Below are positions 36,504 to 40,707 of a stretch of DNA of 40,707 nt, piece after piece. The DNA lies in NCBI GenBank assembly GCA_947644185.1, contig CANRZC010000001.1, positions 1 through 40,707 of the forward strand, written 5' to 3'. Source of the stretch: an uncultured Acetatifactor sp. (lineage in GTDB: Bacteria > Bacillota > Clostridia > Lachnospirales > Lachnospiraceae). The first letter of the stretch is position 1, and every line of letters begins with the position of its first letter. The translations under genes were made by a program, and so were the position numbers. Under the pieces are notes generated by a model. The model searched no databases and was not told where the DNA came from. It worked only from the letters and a program-made list of their open reading frames with translations.

Positions 36504-37299
36504 CCAGTGGCAGCAGAATCTCTGTGACAAATACATTTTCCTCATCCTGCCTGTCAATATATCCCTTATATTTCTTCACTACCCTGTCAATCCGCATCAG
36601 CCCAAATCCGTGAGCCCTGCCTTCCTTGGTGGAGTGGTATTCCACTGGCCGACTTTTCTCCTGCAAATTTTCTCCCAGATAAAGCTCCCTCCCGGAAGTC
36701 TCGTCCTGGCGGCTGTCCTTACGCCTCTTCTTTGGCCGCCCGCTTACGGCGTTCATCACATAGATATATAGCTGCCCCTTCATAACGTCCATGTAGACCC
36801 TGATAAAACGCTTCTCTTCCTCTCTGATCCGCAGGCAGGCTTCCATGGCATTATCCATCAGATTGCCGATAATCAGCGACAGATCGATCTCCGAAATCTC
36901 CAATCCTGCCGGAACCATGGCTTTCGCCTCTACCGCAATATTCCTGGCCTTCGCCAGAGACAGCTTACTGTTTAGCACAGCATCGATCATCACATTCCCT
37001 GTCTTCACCACAGTGTCCACTGTAGTCAGATCCTGATCCAGCCGGTCAAGATACTGTTCCAGGCGCTCCAGCTCTCCCATGGCAAGATATGCCTTCATGG
37101 TCTGTATGTGATTGTGATAATCATGCCGCCAGCCTCTAGTCTGCCGGTACATGTTTTCTACTTCCTCACAGTGCCTCTCCAGGAGATTGCTCTGGTAATT
37201 GCCGATCCGCCTGTCCACCAGCCCCACGAGATAAACTTTTCCCCAAAACAGCAGCCCTAAAAGTGCGGCAACTCCTGCTGCTATCCAAAGAACTATCAT
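36493..37299 (-). CDS. GHKL (HATPase_c_5, AgrC/VirS-type) histidine kinase with a single TM and no sensor domain
   Basis: 'WRHDYHNHIQ' H-box, 'TGNVMIDAVLNSK', 'IIGNLMDNAMEA', 'STK...HGFGL'. Confidence 0.9.
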   Translation of the reverse strand: MIVLWIAAGVAALLGLLFWGKVYLVGLVDRRIGNYQSNLLERHCEEVENMYRQTRGWRHDYHNHIQTMKAYLAMGELERLEQYLDRLDQDLTTVDTVVKTGNVMIDAVLNSKLSLAKARNIAVEAKAMVPAGLEISEIDLSLIIGNLMDNAMEACLRIREEEKRFIRVYMDVMKGQLYIYVMNAVSGRPKKRRKDSRQDETSGRELYLGENLQEKSRPVEYHSTKEGRAHGFGLMRIDRVVKKYKGYIDRQDEENVFVTEILLPLVHE

Positions 37300-37300
37300 C

Positions 37301-38008
37301 TCAGCCCCCCTGCCTGTAATGGTCTATGAATCTTCGATTCAGCTCTCTGTACAATCGCCTGCTCACCGGTGCCAAAGCCCCGCTGTCAAAAATGACATTA
37401 TCCTCCCCAATCTGTTTTACGTTTTCCAGATTACACAAATAGCAGCGATGACATTTGACAAAAGCCTCTCCCCACAGCTCCCTCTCCAGCTCTGAAATGC
37501 TCTTCATCACCGGGATTTCCTGCCCGTCTGTCATCAGAAATCTGGCATAATGCCCCTGGGCCTCGCAGTAATTGACCTCCTTCAGATCCAGCCTGACCAT
37601 ACCGTCCAAAGTTCTTACGGTATACAGCTTTCTGCTATCCCTTCTACTGCATATCCTGTCCATACAGGCAAATACCTTTTCCTGCGCTATGGGCTTCAGC
37701 AGATAGTGCAGCGCCTGGACCTCATACCCTTCCTGGAGATAGTCAGACAGACCTGTAGTAAAAACCACCGGCATTTGGCTGTCCTTTTCCCGAAGCCTGT
37801 GAACCATCTTCATGCCATTCATTCCAGGCATCTGTATATCCGCAAATACCGCGTCCGGTGCGCTGTCCTCTAAGTCAAAGAGGAAGCTCTCGGCGTTTTC
37901 GTAGATATGCATATGAATGGTTTTCCCCCTTGCCGCTCCCCATGCCGAAATGTAATGGTGAAGCAGGCTGCTATGTACTTCCTCATCCTCCACGATGGCT
38001 ATGTGCAT
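37301..38008 (-). CDS. LytTR-family response regulator
   Basis: 'IAIVEDE', 'FADIQMPGMNG', 'YLLKP', LytTR 'FVKCHRCYLCNL...PVSRR'. Confidence 0.93.
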   Translation of the reverse strand: MHIAIVEDEEVHSSLLHHYISAWGAARGKTIHMHIYENAESFLFDLEDSAPDAVFADIQMPGMNGMKMVHRLREKDSQMPVVFTTGLSDYLQEGYEVQALHYLLKPIAQEKVFACMDRICSRRDSRKLYTVRTLDGMVRLDLKEVNYCEAQGHYARFLMTDGQEIPVMKSISELERELWGEAFVKCHRCYLCNLENVKQIGEDNVIFDSGALAPVSRRLYRELNRRFIDHYRQGG

Positions 38009-38059
38009 ACTTCCCCCTTTTTGTTCCTCATAGTGCAATCTGTAGCTGACAAGCTGGCA

Positions 38060-39085
38060 TTATTCCAGAACCGGACAAATGCAGCTAGGGCAGGACATGG
38101 GCACAGAAATGCCGGTCTGCTCCAGCTTTCCCGTCTCCCAGCGAAACTGCAGCACTGTGATTTCGTGGGATCCCTGATTGGCGATCACAATGTATTCCCC
38201 CATCATAGCAAAATCTCTGGGGCCCTTGCCCCCTGTGGGAATGATCTGATCCAGGGCCAGTCCTCCGTCCCCCTGTACGGAAAAAACCGCTATACTGTCG
38301 TGGCCACGGTTGCTGACAAAGAGCCTATTCCCGTAGATCCGGATAGCCGCCACCGTGTTTTCTCCAGAAAAGCTCTCCGGCAGCGTAGATTCCATTGCCT
38401 CTAAGGCAAACTTATCCTCTTTCTCCCGGAAAACGGCCAAGCTGCTGCCCAGCTCACAGGCCACATACACAAGACCGGGCATGTCAGGATGGAATGCCAG
38501 ATGCCTGGGGCCTGCCCCGGCTGGCAGCCCCAGCGCTTTCCCGGTATTTTTCAATCGGCCAGTCTCTCCATTCAGGTGATACACAGAAACCAAATCCGTG
38601 CCCAAATCCACCACAAAGATCCGGTCTCCAAGAGCCTTCGCAAAGTGGACATGGGGCCCCTCCTGCCTGGCAGGGTTGGGACCGGTGCCTTTGTCCTGGA
38701 GAAAGCTTGAGATTACCCTGGGGATTCCGCTTTCGTCCAGCCTGTATTCCGCAAGAGAACCGCTGCTATAATTGGCTGCAAACAAATACCGCTCCTCCTG
38801 GTCCAGGCAGATATGACAGGGATCCGCTCCCTTTGTGGAAAGGCAGGCCTTTGGCACAAGTCCCTGCTCCTCTATGGCAAATGCCCGAAGCCTCCCTTCC
38901 GGTTTCAGCTCCTCTACTGCATACAGTATTGTCTTCGTTTTATTAAGACCCACCCAGGAGGGATTTTCCACACCATCATATCCATAGCGCTTTGTAATCT
39001 GACCTGTTCTCCCGTCCAGAGAAAACTTTGCGATAGTTTCCTGTTCCCCGGTTCCGTAGGAACCCACCCAAAATTCATATTCCAT
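38060..39085 (-). CDS. pgl: 6-phosphogluconolactonase-like beta-propeller lactonase
   Basis: 'VGSY', 'NPSW', 'AANYSSGS', 'GPNPARQEGPHVH', 'DLGTD', 'GAGPRH', 'VSNRGHDSI', 'GKGPRDF'. Confidence 0.88.
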   Translation of the reverse strand: MEYEFWVGSYGTGEQETIAKFSLDGRTGQITKRYGYDGVENPSWVGLNKTKTILYAVEELKPEGRLRAFAIEEQGLVPKACLSTKGADPCHICLDQEERYLFAANYSSGSLAEYRLDESGIPRVISSFLQDKGTGPNPARQEGPHVHFAKALGDRIFVVDLGTDLVSVYHLNGETGRLKNTGKALGLPAGAGPRHLAFHPDMPGLVYVACELGSSLAVFREKEDKFALEAMESTLPESFSGENTVAAIRIYGNRLFVSNRGHDSIAVFSVQGDGGLALDQIIPTGGKGPRDFAMMGEYIVIANQGSHEITVLQFRWETGKLEQTGISVPMSCPSCICPVLE

Positions 39086-39178
39086 GATAGCGTACCTCCC
39101 AGAAAGCTTTAGGAGTATTTTATCACCTCCAGCACCTACCTGCAATCAAAATCTCTCTGCGCATCTAAAAGGAATCCC

Positions 39179-40180
39179 CTATGCCTGGTACAATGACCAG
39201 AGATTCCGGATCTGGCTGCACAGCGTGTCAAAATCCCACTGCCTGCTGCTTGTGCTCCTGCGATTGGGATCGTTCACATAAAAGCCGTTTTCATCATAGC
39301 CTCGAATCAGGATGAAATGCCCGTCAGTAGTAAAATCCCCCGGACCCATGCTGCAGATCACAAGGCCGCCGCTGTCTAGCACCTGCCTCATACTGCTTTC
39401 ATCCAGTGGCAGCTCCTCTCCCCGCAGGCCTAGCTCCTCCACGCCCTCTGTCCAGAGACTCCATTTTGTCCCTACACTTTCCTTGTAATATCCTCTCTCA
39501 CAGGCAAAGGCAGCCATCTCTCTGGGTGTCATGGCGCTATCCCCGGTGAAATACAGATAGGCCATGTCCAGGCACACTGGTCCACATCCCGCAAGTCCTA
39601 TCATGCTGTCCCCGCAGGCATTGTAGCCCCAGCGCTTGTCCCACTGCAGCAGAAGCGGCACTTCCCCGGCTTGCAGCTCCTCTGTCAGATCAATGGACTG
39701 GTTTTGGTACACTTCTCTGTCCCGGTAGCATTTTACATAGTCCGCAGTCTCCTCATTGCGCTCCAAAAGCTCTGCCAGCTTCTCTCCAAATCTGTCTGTA
39801 TCCGCATTGTAGCCCATGTCGGCTTCTGTGAAAGGTAATCTTTGGGTAGTCTCATCCTTATCCTTCCCCAGAGCTTCCCCCAGTGAAACCGCAAGGCTGA
39901 TTCCTCCCTTAACCATTGCCAGCACGCAGAAAACTAGGGCCAGTTTTATGGCAAACCGCAGAAAAATCACAGCCGGATTTCTCTTCCTGCGCTTCTTTGA
40001 GGAATATCTCCGTGCTGCCGCTGCCCGTGTGTCCACCTGACTTCCTTTTTGTCTTCTCACACCTGCATTTGTGGGCCTGATGGGCCTAACATATTGTAGC
40101 TCAGCGTTCTGTCGACCTCTATTCTGTGGTCTCGTGTTTGCCGCTCTCGTGCTTCTCTCTATAGCTGTATAGCTTCCCAT
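39179..40180 (-). CDS. Membrane-anchored C39-like (papain-fold) peptidase
   Basis: Basic N-terminus and TM, then 'LLQWDKRWG', Cys 'GCGPVC', His 'GHFI', Asp 'VNDPN'. AGGAGG RBS. Confidence 0.88.
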   Translation of the reverse strand: MGSYTAIERSTRAANTRPQNRGRQNAELQYVRPIRPTNAGVRRQKGSQVDTRAAAARRYSSKKRRKRNPAVIFLRFAIKLALVFCVLAMVKGGISLAVSLGEALGKDKDETTQRLPFTEADMGYNADTDRFGEKLAELLERNEETADYVKCYRDREVYQNQSIDLTEELQAGEVPLLLQWDKRWGYNACGDSMIGLAGCGPVCLDMAYLYFTGDSAMTPREMAAFACERGYYKESVGTKWSLWTEGVEELGLRGEELPLDESSMRQVLDSGGLVICSMGPGDFTTDGHFILIRGYDENGFYVNDPNRRSTSSRQWDFDTLCSQIRNLWSLYQA

Positions 40181-40201
40181 ATAAAAATCCTCCTGCTTTC
40201 A

Positions 40202-40278
40202 AGAATAGAATCAAAGGACAGATTCTATTATCATGGTTCTATAATAGAATCAATGAGATGATTCTATTATCATGTATT
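40202..40278. repeat. Palindromic element, two tandem copies (39-bp period)
   Basis: AGAATAGAATC-aaaggaca-GATTCTATTAT-catggttct-ATAATAGAATC-aatgagat-GATTCTATTAT-catgtatt. Confidence 0.85.
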
Positions 40279-40333
40279 ATAAAACAGCAGAAGGATTTTG
40301 TTTTTTAGTATTCTATTGTGTAAACATTAAGAT

Positions 40334-40531
40334 TTAATAAAGCTTTGTGTGCTTTTCCCCGGCAAGCTGCTCCACATTTAGCTTTTCCGCATTGCCAAAG
40401 ACCAGAAAGCCTGTCCCATTGTAATACTCATAGCCTACAATTTCCCGGATTTTTTCGCTTTCCCGCCCCTCTGGCACATGCACTTTGGTGCCAATGGGAT
40501 ACCGCTGTACCATCTCCAGAAATGATATCAC
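40334..40531 (-). CDS. Small hypothetical protein (~65 aa, beta-rich)
   Basis: AAGGGGG RBS before GTG 40531. Sequence 'YPIGTKVHV...REIVGYEY...GFLVF' looks SH3/KOW-like. Start uncertain. Confidence 0.55.
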   Translation of the reverse strand: MISFLEMVQRYPIGTKVHVPEGRESEKIREIVGYEYYNGTGFLVFGNAEKLNVEQLAGEKHTKLY

Positions 40532-40707
40532 TGCCCTATTCCCCCTTTCTCTTAGCAAAGCCTGGGATCTCAGCCATCACCTTTGATCTCTGACGGAAGC
40601 ATTTGGCCTGAGCCTCTGATTTTGCTCTTTGCCTAATTCCCTTGTTAATCACAAGTTTTTTAACGTATTTAGAATTTGCACTAATCCATCCTACACCACT
40701 TTTTAAT

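Noticed and set aside
40202..40278. Tandem palindromic repeats as a CRISPR array
   Set aside because: Only two units, variable parts are 8-9 nt rather than ~30-nt spacers, and there are no cas genes in the window.
40550..40640. Possible riboswitch upstream of the small 40334-40531 gene (GGCAAA..., TTAGGCAAAG/CTTTGCTAA pairing)
   Set aside because: Some pairing is possible, but the c-di-GMP-I GAAA tetraloop/GACGCAAAGC core and other known consensus features are missing. Evidence is too weak.

Overview
Chromosomal window from a Firmicute, most likely Lachnospiraceae (Clostridia). This is inferred from gene repertoire, AGGAGG-type RBSs and sigma-A promoters. Housekeeping and transport genes: Uma2 nuclease-mutS2-OmpR/HK operon; cobalamin riboswitch controlling a DUF4430 protein and an ECF S-component; nagB-nagA; HAD hydrolase; ktrB-(methyltransferase)-ktrA; a 10-gene Mrp/Mnh-type cation/H+ antiporter operon with four NuoL/M/N-like subunits; a LytTR/sensor-less HK pair with two ABC exporters; a lactonase; a C39 peptidase. 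Accessory material: a three-gene orphan cluster at the left end next to a probable gene remnant, and a small defence islet (Rpn nuclease, Dam-type methyltransferase, putative restriction nuclease). The most unusual item is an XRE helix-turn-helix fused to the D1+D3 part of the FlhA/FHIPEP cytoplasmic domain (16573-17490), with no flagellar genes nearby. Other notable items: a structured ~200-nt leader with mutually exclusive pairings in front of rpn, a likely internal RpnS antitoxin start, and a dispersed palindromic element (ATAATAGAATC-N8-GATTCTATTAT) at two unrelated promoters. All family calls come from motif recognition by eye; no database searches were run.
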